Positions 10,301-19,265 of a DNA stretch of 23,449 nucleotides are shown one piece after another. Location of the stretch: the NCBI RefSeq assembly GCF_004010195.1, contig NC_057749.1:22262738-22286186 (forward strand), written 5' to 3'. The translations under genes were made by a program, and so were the position numbers. Position 1 is the first letter of the stretch. Each line of letters begins with the position of its first letter. Under the pieces are notes generated by a model. It had not been told where the DNA came from. It searched no databases and saw nothing but the letters and a program-made list of their open reading frames with translations. Origin of the DNA: Chiloscyllium plagiosum (taxonomy: Eukaryota).

Positions 10301-13300
10301 GGCAAAACCGCAATCAATGGATAAGATTCCACTGGTTAGAGTCAGACCTGGCACAAAGGGATATGGCTGTGGTTGTGGAGGGTCAGTCATCTCAGCTCCA
10401 GGACATCTCTGCAAGAGTCCTTCAGGGTAATGTCCTAGGCCCAACAATCTTCAGCTACTTCATCGATGACCTTCCCTCTGTCACAAGGTCAGAAGTGGGG
10501 ATGTTTGCCGATGATTGATTGCACAGCAACATTCGCGACTCCTCAGATAGTGAACCAGTCTGTGCTCAAATGCAACAAAATCTGGACAATATCCAGGCTT
10601 GGGCCAACAAGTGGCAAGTAACATTCATGCCACACAAATGCCAGACCATGACCATCACCAATAAGAGACACTTTAACCCTTGACATTCAACGGGTATTAC
10701 CATCACTGAATCTCCCACTGTCAACATCCTTGGGGTTACCATTGACCAGAAACTCAAGTGGACTCACCACGTAAATACAGTGGCTATAAGAGCAGGTCCG
10801 AGATTAGGGATACCATGGCAAGTAATTCACCTCCTGACTCCCCAAAGTCTATCCACCATCTATTAGACACAAGTCAGGAATATGTTGGAACACTCCCCAC
10901 TTGCCTGGATGGGTGCAGCTCCAACAACAGACAAGAAGCTTGACACCATCCAGGACAAAGCAACCAACTTGACTGGCACCTCATCTACAAACATTCAATC
11001 CCTCCACCGCCGGCACTCAGTGCACACTGCTGCTACTATCTACAAGATGCACTGCAGAATTTCACCAAACATCCTTCGACACCACCTTCCAAACCCATGA
11101 CCACTTCCATCTAGAAGGACAAGGGCAGCAGGTACTTGGGAACACCACCACCTGCAGGTACCCCTCCGAGCCACTCACCACCCTGACTTGGAAAAATAGC
11201 ACTGTTCCTTCACAGTCGTTGGGTCAAAATCCTGGAATTCCCTCCCTAATGGCATTGTGGGTCAACCCACAGCAAGTGGACTGCAGCGATTCAAGCTCAC
11301 CACCACCTTCTCAAGGGGCAACTAGGGATGGGCAATAAATGCTGGCCAGGCAGCGACACCCAAGTCCCACAAATGAATAAAAATAAGGATATGTAGTTAG
11401 GTCTGGGTGCAGACTTGATGGGCTGAATGGTCTCTTTCTGCACTGTCGGGATTCTATGGTTCCTGTGGCTGCAGTTTAATGGAGAAGCTGACCCATTTAA
11501 ATCCAGCTGAGGCCAAAACATTGAATGTTTTCAAGGACAAGTCAAATATCGTTCTTGGGACTAAAGGGACCAGACAGTATGTGGTAAAACCAGGAAGAGG
11601 GTCATGAATTGGATGATCATATGGAATAGGCAAAAGTGAGGACTGCAGATACTGGAGATTAGAGTCAAGATTAGAGTGGTGCTGGAAAAGCACAGCAGGT
11701 CAGGCAGCATCGAGGAGCAGGAAAATCGACGTTTCAGGCAGGAGCGCTTCATCAAAGGACCAAGTGGTCTATTCCTGCTCCCGATTTCCACTTTTCCATA
11801 TGTTCATAGACCAAACCCCAAGGTCTATGCGCATTTCTGACTCTGTCTGGAGAATGGAGATCATTTCCATTGGCACAAGTCTCATAGAGCATCAAGGTTC
11901 ACCCAGAACACTGCCCCCAGCAGGCATATGGAAGTAGTACAGCACAGGTTCTCACCAGAATGATACTGGAACAGGGAGGGTTCAATTATAAAGGCAAGGT
12001 ATATAGGACTTGGTTTGTGTTCATTCAGCTACAGAAGATAAAGGTGTACGCTAAGTGACTTTTTTTATTTACTCATTCACAGACTGGAGTGTCGTTGGGT
12101 GGATGCAGGGAGGATGTCCCCGACGATGGGTGCATCCAGAACCAGGGGTCACGGTCTGAGGATAGAGGGTGAACCCTTTAGGACGGAGCTGAGGAGACAT
12201 TTCTTCACCCAGAGAGGGATGAGCCTGTGGAATTCATTACCACAGGAAGTAGCTGATGCGCAAACATTGAATGTATTCAGGAGGCGGCTGGATCTAGCAT
12301 TTGGGAGCGAATGGGATCAAAGGTTATGGAGAGAAAGCAGGATTAGACTACTGCATTGAACAATCAGCCATGATGGTGATGAATGGTAGGGCAGGCTCGA
12401 AGGGCCGAATGGCCTCCTCCGGCTCCTCTCTTCTGTATTTCTATGGCTGGTCCATTGTTTACAGCTTATCCCCTCATGGCCCTGGAGAAAGTTGGTAGTA
12501 AACTGTCATCTGGAACTGCGGCAGACCTTGGCTGTGGATAGACACACACGGAGTGGTTCAGGAGGCCGATCCAGGACTTCAACCCAGCGACAGTGAAGGA
12601 ACAGCAACAGATTTCCAAGTCAGGACGGTGAGTGGCTTGGAGGGAAACTTGAAGGTTTTGGCATTCCCATGTATCTGTTGTCCTTGTCCTTCGAGATGGA
12701 AATGTTCATGGGTTTGGAAGGTGTTGTCTGAGGATCTTTGGTGAATTTCTGCAGTGCGTCTTGTGGATAGTACGCACTACTGCTGCTGAGCGTCGGTGGG
12801 GGAGGGAATGGACATGAAAGGTGGTGTTGATCAAGTGGGACTGTTTTGTCCTGGATTAACGCACATGGAACCAAAATGTGAAATGAAGATAACACATCAG
12901 CCAAGATCTAATTGACTTTTAGAACTTGGTGAAGGACCTCCTCCTGGTCCTATACTCCAATTAATTAAGAACCTGCCTCATCTCCTTTGGTAAAGACTAA
13001 CATGGAAACATACAATCTTCTGAGCATTTTCCCAAGGTAAGGGAGTCCAAAAGTCGAGGGCATACATATAAGGTGAGAGGGAAAGGATTTTAAAAGGGGG
13101 AAATTGTTCTCACAGAAGAGGAGTGACGGATGGAGTTTAGTTTAGATACATATGAGGTGCTGCACTTTGGAAAAGCTAATCAGAGCAGGCTTATATACTT
13201 AATGGTAAGGTCTTGGGGAGTGTTGCTGAACAAAGAGACCTTAAAGTGCAGGTTCATAGCTCCTTGAAAGTGGAGTCGCAGGTAGATAGGATAGTGAAGA

Positions 13301-14038
13301 AGGCATTTGGTATGCTTTCCTTTATTGGTCAGTGTATTGAGTACAGGAGTTGGGAGGTCATGTTGCAGCTGGACAGGACATTGGTTGGAATATTGAGTGT
13401 AATTCTGGTCTCCCTCCTATCGGAAGGACGTTGTGAAACTCGGAAGGGTTCAGAAAAGATTTACAAGGACGTTGCCAGGGTTGGAGGGTTTGAGCTATAG
13501 GAAGAGGCTGAACAGGCCGGGGCTGTTTTCCCTGGAGCGTCAGAGGCTAAGGGGTGGCCTTATAGAGGTTTATAAAATCATGAGGGGCATGTATAGGGTA
13601 AATAGAGAAGGTCTTTTCCATGAGGTGTGGGAGTCCAGAACTAGAGAGCATAGGTTTAGGGTGGAAGATATATAAGAAACCTAAGGGGCAACTTTTTCAC
13701 ACAGAGGGTGGTACGTGTATGGAATGAGCTGCCTGAGGATGTGGTGGAGGCTGGTACAATTACAACATTTAAAAGGCATCTGGATGGGTATATGAATAGG
13801 AAGGGTTTGGAGGGATATGGGCCGGGTGCTGGCAGGTGGGACTGGATTGGGTTGGGATATCTGGTCGGCATGGACGGGTTGGACCAAAGTGTCTGTTTCC
13901 GGGCTGCACATTTCTATGACTGTGACTCTAAACATCTCCCCACTTACGCTCTCGATAGGTGGCAGCCATATGCAAGATTTGCTGGTTGGTGCGAGAGCAC
14001 AGGATCTCAATCAGAGTGTCTTCATTGGTTCCCAAACC
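1225..14038 (-). CDS. ANXA2-like: Annexin A2-like gene, partial spliced CDS: join of 13948-14038, 6663-6742, 1755-1814 and 1225-1318 (repeat II, linker, start of repeat III)
   Basis: Four exons with canonical AG/GT boundaries and compatible phases (0-1, 1-0, 0-0, 0-1). Lengths 91/80/60/94 match the conserved vertebrate annexin exon pattern. The joined ORF has no stop and carries [19 protein letters not shown] and [12 protein letters not shown] motifs. Confidence 0.95.
1755..1814 (-). CDS. ANXA2-like: Annexin exon, 60 bp: [20 protein letters not shown]
   Basis: Acceptor ctttctgtgcacAG, donor GTaggt. Aligns with the ANXA2 linker [20 protein letters not shown] (also 20 aa). Confidence 0.92.
2005..2371 (-). 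mobile_element. HE1 SINE, near full length, with one internal ~52-bp duplication
   Basis: Reverse complement has gggatggcacgctggctcagtgg (A-box), gagttcgattcc (B-box), the V-domain and the HE1 tail. The segment acactatgggcaatttag occurs twice. Confidence 0.9.
2635..2933 (-). repeat. HE1 SINE 3' fragment with a 51-bp unit tandemly amplified about 4x (2715-2933)
   Basis: Unit cctacacatccctgaacactatgggcaatttagcatggccaattcagctaa; the 17-aa periodicity is visible in ORFs 2743..2937 and 2757..2951. Confidence 0.88.
2947..3508 (+). mobile_element. Solo LTR (TG...CA), interrupted by a MITE
   Basis: Starts TGTAGTG (2947) and ends TTATTTCA (3508). Contains CCAAT (~3023), TATAAAA (~3046) and AATAAA (~3459) in LTR order. 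Flanks caaca / caaaa form a 5-bp TSD with one mismatch. Confidence 0.75.
3072..3394. mobile_element. Non-autonomous Tc1/mariner-pogo (Tigger-like) MITE
   Basis: TIRs caggtagaagatcctttatc (3072-3091) and gataaaggatcgtctacctg (3375-3394) match 19/20. TA duplication at 3070-3071 and 3395-3396; no coding capacity. Confidence 0.9.
3615..3832 (+). mobile_element. Old 3' fragment of the CR1/L2-group LINE family seen at 8318-11386
   Basis: ttcgacagcactttccaaa...ggactgcagcagttcaagaaggcagctca is similar to 11075-11310. Confidence 0.7.
4090..4310 (+). mobile_element. Two small decayed CR1 pieces (3' tail, then an RT fragment)
   Basis: ggattggagggatatgggcc...ctatgaccctatga resembles the HER1 tail at 6490-6628. 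The second piece reads [18 protein letters not shown], like the CR1 'LQxDLDxLxxWAxxWQMxFN' motif. Confidence 0.6.
4600..4890 (-). mobile_element. HE1 SINE (5' end slightly truncated)
   Basis: Reverse complement has B-box gggttcaattcc, the V-domain and the tail gggcctgtttccacactgtatgtaatct. Confidence 0.9.
4961..5178. mobile_element. Palindromic Penelope-terminus element (two head-to-head pLTR ends), 180-bp hairpin at 4961-5140
   Basis: 4961-5025 is the exact reverse complement of 5076-5140. The sequence is the same family as the Penelope ends at 7420-7555 and 23156-23290. Confidence 0.85.
5320..6628 (+). mobile_element. HER1/CR1 LINE, 5'-truncated, with an internal deletion of the RT core
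   Basis: ORF2 pieces [14 protein letters not shown]...[28 protein letters not shown] and [14 protein letters not shown]; tail ctatgactctgtgactct; several frameshifts. Confidence 0.92.
6663..6742 (-). CDS. ANXA2-like: Annexin exon, 80 bp: (L)[26 protein letters not shown]
   Basis: Acceptor tttctgtttgcAG, donor GTatat. Aligns with ANXA2 [27 protein letters not shown]. Confidence 0.93.
6865..7135 (+). mobile_element. Decayed SINE-like repeat sharing its 3' tail with the 8318-11386 LINE
   Basis: Ends aattagggatgggcaataaacgctgcctagccagtgac, nearly the same as LINE tail 11320-11360, but its upstream body is unrelated to the LINE. Confidence 0.65.
7200..7555 (+). mobile_element. Penelope-like element 3' end (GIY-YIG endonuclease C-terminus plus pLTR), spanning a short N gap
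   Basis: Translates [35 protein letters not shown] (the PLE 'E..I..L.TL.P.GLN' motif), followed by the terminal repeat ending gcagtcctcactttctcc. Confidence 0.85.
7425..7460 (+). ncRNA. Minimal hammerhead ribozyme motif in a Penelope pLTR (one stem-II mismatch)
   Basis: attc-CTGAAGA-a-GGGC-ttat-GACC-GAAA-cg-TC-gatt. Confidence 0.6.
7816..8231 (+). mobile_element. CR1/HER1-type LINE 3' fragment inserted in the SINE
   Basis: [35 protein letters not shown]...[14 protein letters not shown], with tail gttcttagttctgtgttc. Confidence 0.9.
9132..9446 (-). mobile_element. Penelope 3' fragment inserted in the LINE
   Basis: Minus strand reads [48 protein letters not shown]. 10-bp TSD caggagcagc at 9122-9131 and 9447-9456. 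Confidence 0.9.
9174..9209 (-). ncRNA. Minimal hammerhead ribozyme motif in a Penelope pLTR (intact core)
   Basis: Reverse complement: attc-CTGAAGA-a-GGGC-ttat-GCCC-GAAA-cg-TT-gatt. Confidence 0.65.
11500..11808 (+). mobile_element. Old CR1 3' tail, interrupted by a Penelope terminus
   Basis: gaggccaaaacattgaatgttttcaag...aaggaccaagtggtctattcctgctcc is similar to 12255-12445. Confidence 0.65.
11633..11754 (-). mobile_element. Penelope pLTR terminus, truncated within the hammerhead motif
   Basis: aaagtgaggactgcagatactggag...aatcgacgtttcaggcaggagcgcttcatca is the same family as 23160-23280. Confidence 0.8.
12061..12870 (-). mobile_element. 3' end of the CR1/L2-group LINE family, interrupted by a CR1 tail
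   Basis: Reverse complement is similar to 10900-11385. ORF 12620..12904 reads [21 protein letters not shown], an alternate frame of that family. Confidence 0.75.
12097..12445 (+). mobile_element. CR1 LINE 3' end
   Basis: [36 protein letters not shown], with tail ttctgtatttctatg. Confidence 0.88.
13030..13930 (+). mobile_element. HER1/CR1 LINE 3' portion, preceded by a small older CR1 piece (13030-13118)
   Basis: [15 protein letters not shown]...[13 protein letters not shown]...VRVWNELP; highly similar to 5800-6628; tail ctatgactgtgactcta. It ends 17 bp from the annexin exon. Confidence 0.92.
13948..14038 (-). CDS. ANXA2-like: Annexin exon, 91 bp: [30 protein letters not shown](L)
   Basis: Acceptor cttctttccctAG, donor GTaagt. 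Endonexin-fold motif GxGT[DN]E..LIEI..SR. Aligns with ANXA2 [30 protein letters not shown]. Confidence 0.96.
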
Positions 14039-14444
14039 CTAGGGAAAGAAGATTTTAAAACGTTCTTATTGGTAAAACCACGTGAATATGCATCACTGGC
14101 AAAGGACATTTGCAGAAATGAGAAGCTGTTTATAGCTCACAACGGAACTCAGAATGTGGAAAGGAAAATGGGAGGCTCATCCATGGGATCTTTCTGTGGC
14201 ACTGGGTGTTTCAGATGGTAGTGGAGCTGCACGTGAACAATTTTTGATCGATTTGCGCCCTCCCCCACTACCACTGCTAAAAACCCACCAGACGGGGCAT
14301 TGGGAACTGGCATGTTGCCAATCCCTGGACAGAATACAGGGAGACATTCAATGTCAGACTCGCCGCACGGGATCGAACAGAGGGGAAATGAATTTCTTTG
14401 CAGCAAGCTGTCCAGCCACCAGGTGAGTGAACACCATCCCTCAG

Positions 14445-15702
14445 GGCAGTGTGAGCGGGCAGTGAGAGGCCAGTGTCAGTGTAAGTGAGTGAGTGTGAGC
14501 AGGCAGTGAGAGACCAGCGTCTGTGTGAGTGAGTGAGTGTGAGCCGGCAGTGAGAGGCCAGTGTCAGTGTGAGTGAGTGAGTGTGAGCCGGCAGTGAGAG
14601 ACCAGTGACAGTGTAAGTGAGTGAGTGTGAGCGGGCAGTGAGAGGCCAGTGTCAGTGTGAGTGAGTGAGTGTGAGCGGGCAGTGAGAGGCCAGTGTCAGT
14701 GTGAGTGAGTGTGTGAGCCGGCACTGAGAGACTAGTGACAGTGTAAGTGAGTGAGTGTGAGCGGGCAGTGAGAGGCCAGTGTCAGTGTGAGTGAGTGTGA
14801 GCGGCAGTGAGAGACCAGTGTCAGCGTGAGTGAGTGAGTGAGTGTGAGCAGGCAGTGAGAGACCAGTGTCAGTGTGAGTGAGTGAGTGAGTGTGAGCGGG
14901 CAGTTAGAGGCCAGTGTCAGTGTGAGTGAGTGAGTGTGAGCGGGCAGTGAGAGACCAGTGTCAGTGTAGTGAGTGAGTGTGAGCGGGCAGTGAGAGACCA
15001 GTGTCAATGTGAGTGAGTGAGTGAGTGAGTATGAGCAGGCAGTGAGAGACCAGTGTTAGTGTAAGTGAGTGAGTGTCAGCGGGCAGTGAGAGACCAGTGT
15101 CAGTGTGAGTGAGTGAGTGTGAGGGGGCAGTGAGAGACCGGTTTTAGTGTAAGTGAGTGAGTGTGAGCGGGCAGTGAGAGACAAGTGTCAGTGCGAGTGA
15201 GTGAGTGTGAGGGGGCAGTGAGAGACAAGTGTCAGTGTGAGTGAGTGTGAGCGGGCAGTTAGAGGCAGTGTCAGTGTGAGTGAGTGAGTGTGAGCGGGCA
15301 GTGAGAGACCAGTGTCAGTGCGAGTGAGTGAGTGTGAGGGGGCAGTGAGAGACCAGTGTCAGTGTGAGTGTGAGCGGGCAGTGAGAGACCAGTGTCAGTG
15401 TGAGTGAGTGGGTGTGAGCGGACAGTGAGAGACCAGTGTCAGTGTGGGTGAGTGAGTGTGAGCGGGCAGAGAGAGGCCAGTGTCAGTGTGAGTGAGTGAG
15501 TGTGAGGGGGCAGTGTGTGACCAGTGACAGTGTAAGTGAGTGAGTGAGTGAGTGTGAGCTGGCAGTGAGAGGAGCGTCAGTGTGAGTAATTGAGTGAGTG
15601 AGTGTGAGCAGGCAGTGAGAGACCAGTGTTAGTGTAAGTGAGTGAGTGTGAGCGGGCAGTGAGAGACAAGTGTCAGTGTGAGTGAGTGAGTGTGAGCGGG
15701 CA
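14445..15702 (+). repeat. Minisatellite A, ~44-bp unit gtgagcgggcagtgagagaccagtgtcagtgt(gagt)n, roughly 28 copies, running into an N gap
   Basis: Directly visible; unit length varies by the number of GAGT repeats. Confidence 0.97.
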
Positions 15703-16202
15703 NNNNNNNNNNNNNNNNNNNNNNNNNNNNNNNNNNNNNNNNNNNNNNNNNNNNNNNNNNNNNNNNNNNNNNNNNNNNNNNNNNNNNNNNNNNNNNNNNN
15801 NNNNNNNNNNNNNNNNNNNNNNNNNNNNNNNNNNNNNNNNNNNNNNNNNNNNNNNNNNNNNNNNNNNNNNNNNNNNNNNNNNNNNNNNNNNNNNNNNNNN
15901 NNNNNNNNNNNNNNNNNNNNNNNNNNNNNNNNNNNNNNNNNNNNNNNNNNNNNNNNNNNNNNNNNNNNNNNNNNNNNNNNNNNNNNNNNNNNNNNNNNNN
16001 NNNNNNNNNNNNNNNNNNNNNNNNNNNNNNNNNNNNNNNNNNNNNNNNNNNNNNNNNNNNNNNNNNNNNNNNNNNNNNNNNNNNNNNNNNNNNNNNNNNN
16101 NNNNNNNNNNNNNNNNNNNNNNNNNNNNNNNNNNNNNNNNNNNNNNNNNNNNNNNNNNNNNNNNNNNNNNNNNNNNNNNNNNNNNNNNNNNNNNNNNNNN
16201 NN
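15703..16202. other. Assembly gap (500 N)
   Basis: Run of N between two different minisatellites. Confidence 0.99.
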
Positions 16203-16925
16203 AGACATTGTCTGTGAGCTGGGCGGGTGGGGAGATACTGTCTGTGAGCGAGGGGAGTGGGGAGACAGTGTCTGTGAGCTGGGGGAGTGGGGAGACATTG
16301 TCTGTGAGCTTGGGGTTGGGGAGACACTGTCTGTGAGCGAGGGGAGTGGGGAGACTGTCTGTGAGCGAGGGGATGGGGAGAACACTGTCTGTGAGTGAGG
16401 GGAGTGGGGGGACACTGTCTGTGTGCTGGAGGGTTGGGGAGACACTGTCTGTGAGCGAGGGGAGTGGGGGGACACTGTCTGTGAGCGAGGGGAGTGGGGG
16501 GACACTGTCTGTGAGCGAGGGGAGTGGGGGGACACTGTCTGTGAGCGAGGGGAGTGGGGGGACACTGTCTGTGAGCGAGGGGAGTGTGGAGACTCTGTCT
16601 GTGAGTGAGGGGAGTGGGGATACACTGTCTGTGTGCTGGAGGGTTGGGGAGACACTGTCTGTGAGTAAGGGGAGTGGGGAGACACTGTCTGTGAGCGAGG
16701 GGAGTGAGGGGACACTGTCTGTGAGTAAGTGGAGTGGGGGGACACTGTCTGTGAGCTGGGGGAGTGGGAAGACAGTGTCTGTGAGCGAGAGGAGTGGGGG
16801 GCATCTGTCTGTGAGTGAGGGGAGTGGGAAGACACTGTGAGTGAGGGGAGTGGGGGACACTGTCTGTGAGTAAGGGGAGTGGGGACACAGTGTCTGTGAG
16901 CGAGGCGAGAGGGGACACAGTGATT
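16203..16925 (+). repeat. Minisatellite B, 30-bp G-rich unit gacactgtctgtgagcgaggggagtggggg, roughly 24 copies
   Basis: Exact 30-bp periodicity across 16381-16770. Confidence 0.97.
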
Positions 16926-17895
16926 GTGAAATGCCTGATTGGCTGACTGACAGTGTCGGAGCCTGTGTGTATTGTCTGTCTGTGACAGGGTTCTCTGACC
17001 AAAGGCAGTTGCCACTGGATGTGACTGAGATGAGCTGGCAATCTGTCTGCGCTGAACCGAAAAGCAAGGCTGGAGCACTGAGAGCCTCAAATCTCTGGCT
17101 GGGTGCACGAAAAAGGCAGTGCAAGTCTGGGTCGCTATGGCAATGCAGGTAGGCCCAGACTGAGTGAGCACTATAAGAGCAGATGAACAGCCCAATGATA
17201 CAGCCTGGTGCGGTCCCTGAACTGGGTGTGTGTCCCAGAGCACTCAGTCTCCTTGCTACAGCATTACAGGGAGAGTTTTCCGTACAGTCTGAGGGGAGGC
17301 ATCGAAGTGCAGAAACCCAGCTGTGACTGGGTCAGAGATATGCCAAGAGGGTTGTTAAAAGCTGGCACACATCAGATTGCAATAGCGGTGGATGTGCCCG
17401 TGGAATGTGGCCCCAGATGTTGATGCCCAGTGTCCTACTTGGAGACTCTTCAGATCACAAGGCAAGACCAGTAGCCGCTCTGACATGCGTGTGGAGAATT
17501 CTCAGCACCTCGCTTGCTCAGGATGGGAAGTGAGATGTGCGGTTCATAAAATTTTCAACAAGCCATAATCTCCCTGATTATTCACTTCGCTTCAATGGAT
17601 CTGCCTCCACACTTCAAACCCGAGCAGGAACCTGGACCCCATACTCGAAACCTTCCACAGATCTCTCGGCCTTTCCTGGAAAGAATTAATCCTGACCCCC
17701 CCCAAAAACACCATCAAACTGCATTAGGATCGTGATATGGAACAGCAAAGTGAAGTGGGGCAGAAACCTCAAGCAGGAGAGAGATATCAGGCAGACGATT
17801 GAAGGTTTAGTAGAAATGTTGAATGTTTGGAGAATTTTCAAACAAAATCCCAGACCAGGAAAACTAAGAAAGGGAGGCAGGTAGTGCAGGAGTCT

Positions 17896-18350
17896 GTTTG
17901 CGCGTCTGACTGGAGAATCCCCAATCACAATCGATCGATTGGAACTTATTGTACCCCTCGAAATGTTAGAGCCAGTCTAGGTAACAGAAATTTGGCTGTT
18001 TGTGCTATATTCCCCTTAGAGTCCATCACCCTCTACATTTTCCAAAACAGCATACTTGTTTGAGATGGGGGTAGCCACAGGAGACTCCTGCACTACCTGC
18101 CTCCCTTTCTTAGTTTTCCTGGTTATAACCCAGCTACCTGACTGTATCTGCGGCTTTTCTCCCTTCCTATAACAGTCATCCATCACACCTCCTAGCTCCT
18201 GTAAATTCCTTCTTGCCTCTAACTGCTGCTTCAACCTATCCATGCAATCTGATAGGATTCACAACCAAAGACACTTCCTGCAGCGAAAATCATCAGTAAC
18301 ATGGAAACACTACCTAATCCCCCACATCCAACAGGAAGAGTACATCACAC
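17896..18350 (-). mobile_element. CR1 LINE ORF1 fragment (zinc-finger/leucine zipper through the start of the SGNH esterase), degenerate
   Basis: Minus strand: ...DDFRCRKC..., MDRLKQQLE...WVITRK...PISNKYAVLE..., then IVIGDSPVR (the CR1 ORF1 'VIGDSxVR' motif); in-frame stops present. Confidence 0.8.
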
Positions 18351-18652
18351 TACTCAAATATCGCAAGGTTAATCACACAGTGAATCACCTGAAAATATAT
18401 TTTCAGAAAGAAAGATCAAATTTGTACTTTGACCCTGAGGGAGGCTATTCAATCACTGAAATAGCATTGCTGTGGATTGGTTTTGAATTTACCCACATGA
18501 AACATAAGCTATCTACTCTAGTTCAACAATCTCTCAGCATGGTCAACATTATCCAGTCCTTCTAGAATATACAGAAAATGTCATATCACATCCAACATTG
18601 TATATTGCAGTAAAAACATGTTGAACATACCCCATTACTTCACCATCAATCA

Positions 18653-19265
18653 CCAGCAGTGGCTCAGTGGTTAGCACTGCTGCCTCACAGTACCAGGGAG
18701 CTAGGTTCAATTCTACCCTTGGGCGACTGTCTGTGAGTTTGCAAATTCTCCCCGTGTCTGCATGGGTTTCTGCCAGATGCTCTAGTTTCCTCCCACAGTC
18801 CAAAGATTAGATTCCCTACAGCATGGAAACAGGCCATTCAGCCCAACGAATCCACATTGGAGAGTAACCCACCCAGACCCATTCCCCTACCTTATAATTA
18901 CTCCTGACTAATGCACCTAACATTATGAGCAATTTAACGTGGCCAATTCACCTAACCAGCACAACTTTGGACTGTGGGAGGAAACCGGAGCACACCCACG
19001 CTGACACGGGGAGAACGTGCAAACTCCACGCAGACAGCCGCCCGAGGCAGGAATTAAACCCAGGTCCCTGGCGCCGTGAGGCAGCAGGGCTAACCACTGA
19101 GCCGCCGTGCCGCCCAGTTAGGTGCAGGTTAAGTGGATTGGCCATGGGAAATGCAGGACTACAGGGATAGGGTAGGGGGTGGGTCTGGGTGGGATGCTGT
19201 TCAGAAGGGCGGTGTGGGCTCAATGGGTCCAATGGTCTGCATCCACACTGTAGGGCTTCTATGAT
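18653..19265 (+). mobile_element. HE1 SINE (18653-18807 plus 19122-19265), split by an antisense HE1
   Basis: A/B boxes and V-domain are present. ccaaagat|gtgcaggttaag is continuous across the insert. Tail ccacactgtagggcttctatgat. Confidence 0.85.
18808..19115 (-). mobile_element. HE1 SINE, full length, nested in the opposite orientation
   Basis: Reverse complement starts gggcggcacggcggctcagtgg and ends gctgtagggaatcta. Confidence 0.9.

Larger units (their letters stand above)
8318..11386 (+). mobile_element. CR1/L2-group non-LTR retrotransposon, near-complete ORF2 (APE endonuclease plus RT), pseudogenised
   Basis: EN motifs YHPP, VGDFN, DLILTN and SDRH; RT motifs [27 protein letters not shown] and FADD. 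Many stops and frameshifts. 3' tail gggatgggcaataaatgctggcc...aatgaataaaaa. TSD ggatat at 8312-8317 and 11387-11392. Confidence 0.92.
7597..11462 (+). mobile_element. HE1-type SINE split into three pieces (7597-7815, 8232-8317, 11387-11462) by later insertions; V-domain tandemly repeated at 7657-7790
   Basis: Head ggggcacggtggctc...ggttcgattcc. ccaaaga|gatgtgcagg is continuous across the first insert, and ggatat is duplicated across the second. The tail ctgcactgtcgggattctatg lies at 11438-11458. Confidence 0.75.

Noticed and set aside
8318..11386. Active or domesticated reverse transcriptase
   Set aside because: Numerous stops and frameshifts plus a Penelope insertion; no ORF covers a whole domain.
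14445..16925. CRISPR-like regular repeats
   Set aside because: The units are head-to-tail with no unique spacers, there are no cas genes, and the context is vertebrate.
15483..17243. Long ORFs of 470-586 aa (and the plus-strand 216-238 aa ORFs)
   Set aside because: They are translations of a stop-free 30-bp minisatellite plus 500 N; all three minus frames are open, so they are artefacts.
17928..17941. 14-bp palindrome caatcgatcgattg as a regulatory site
   Set aside because: It falls inside the CR1 ORF1 remnant (NRSIV codons), and there is no independent support.
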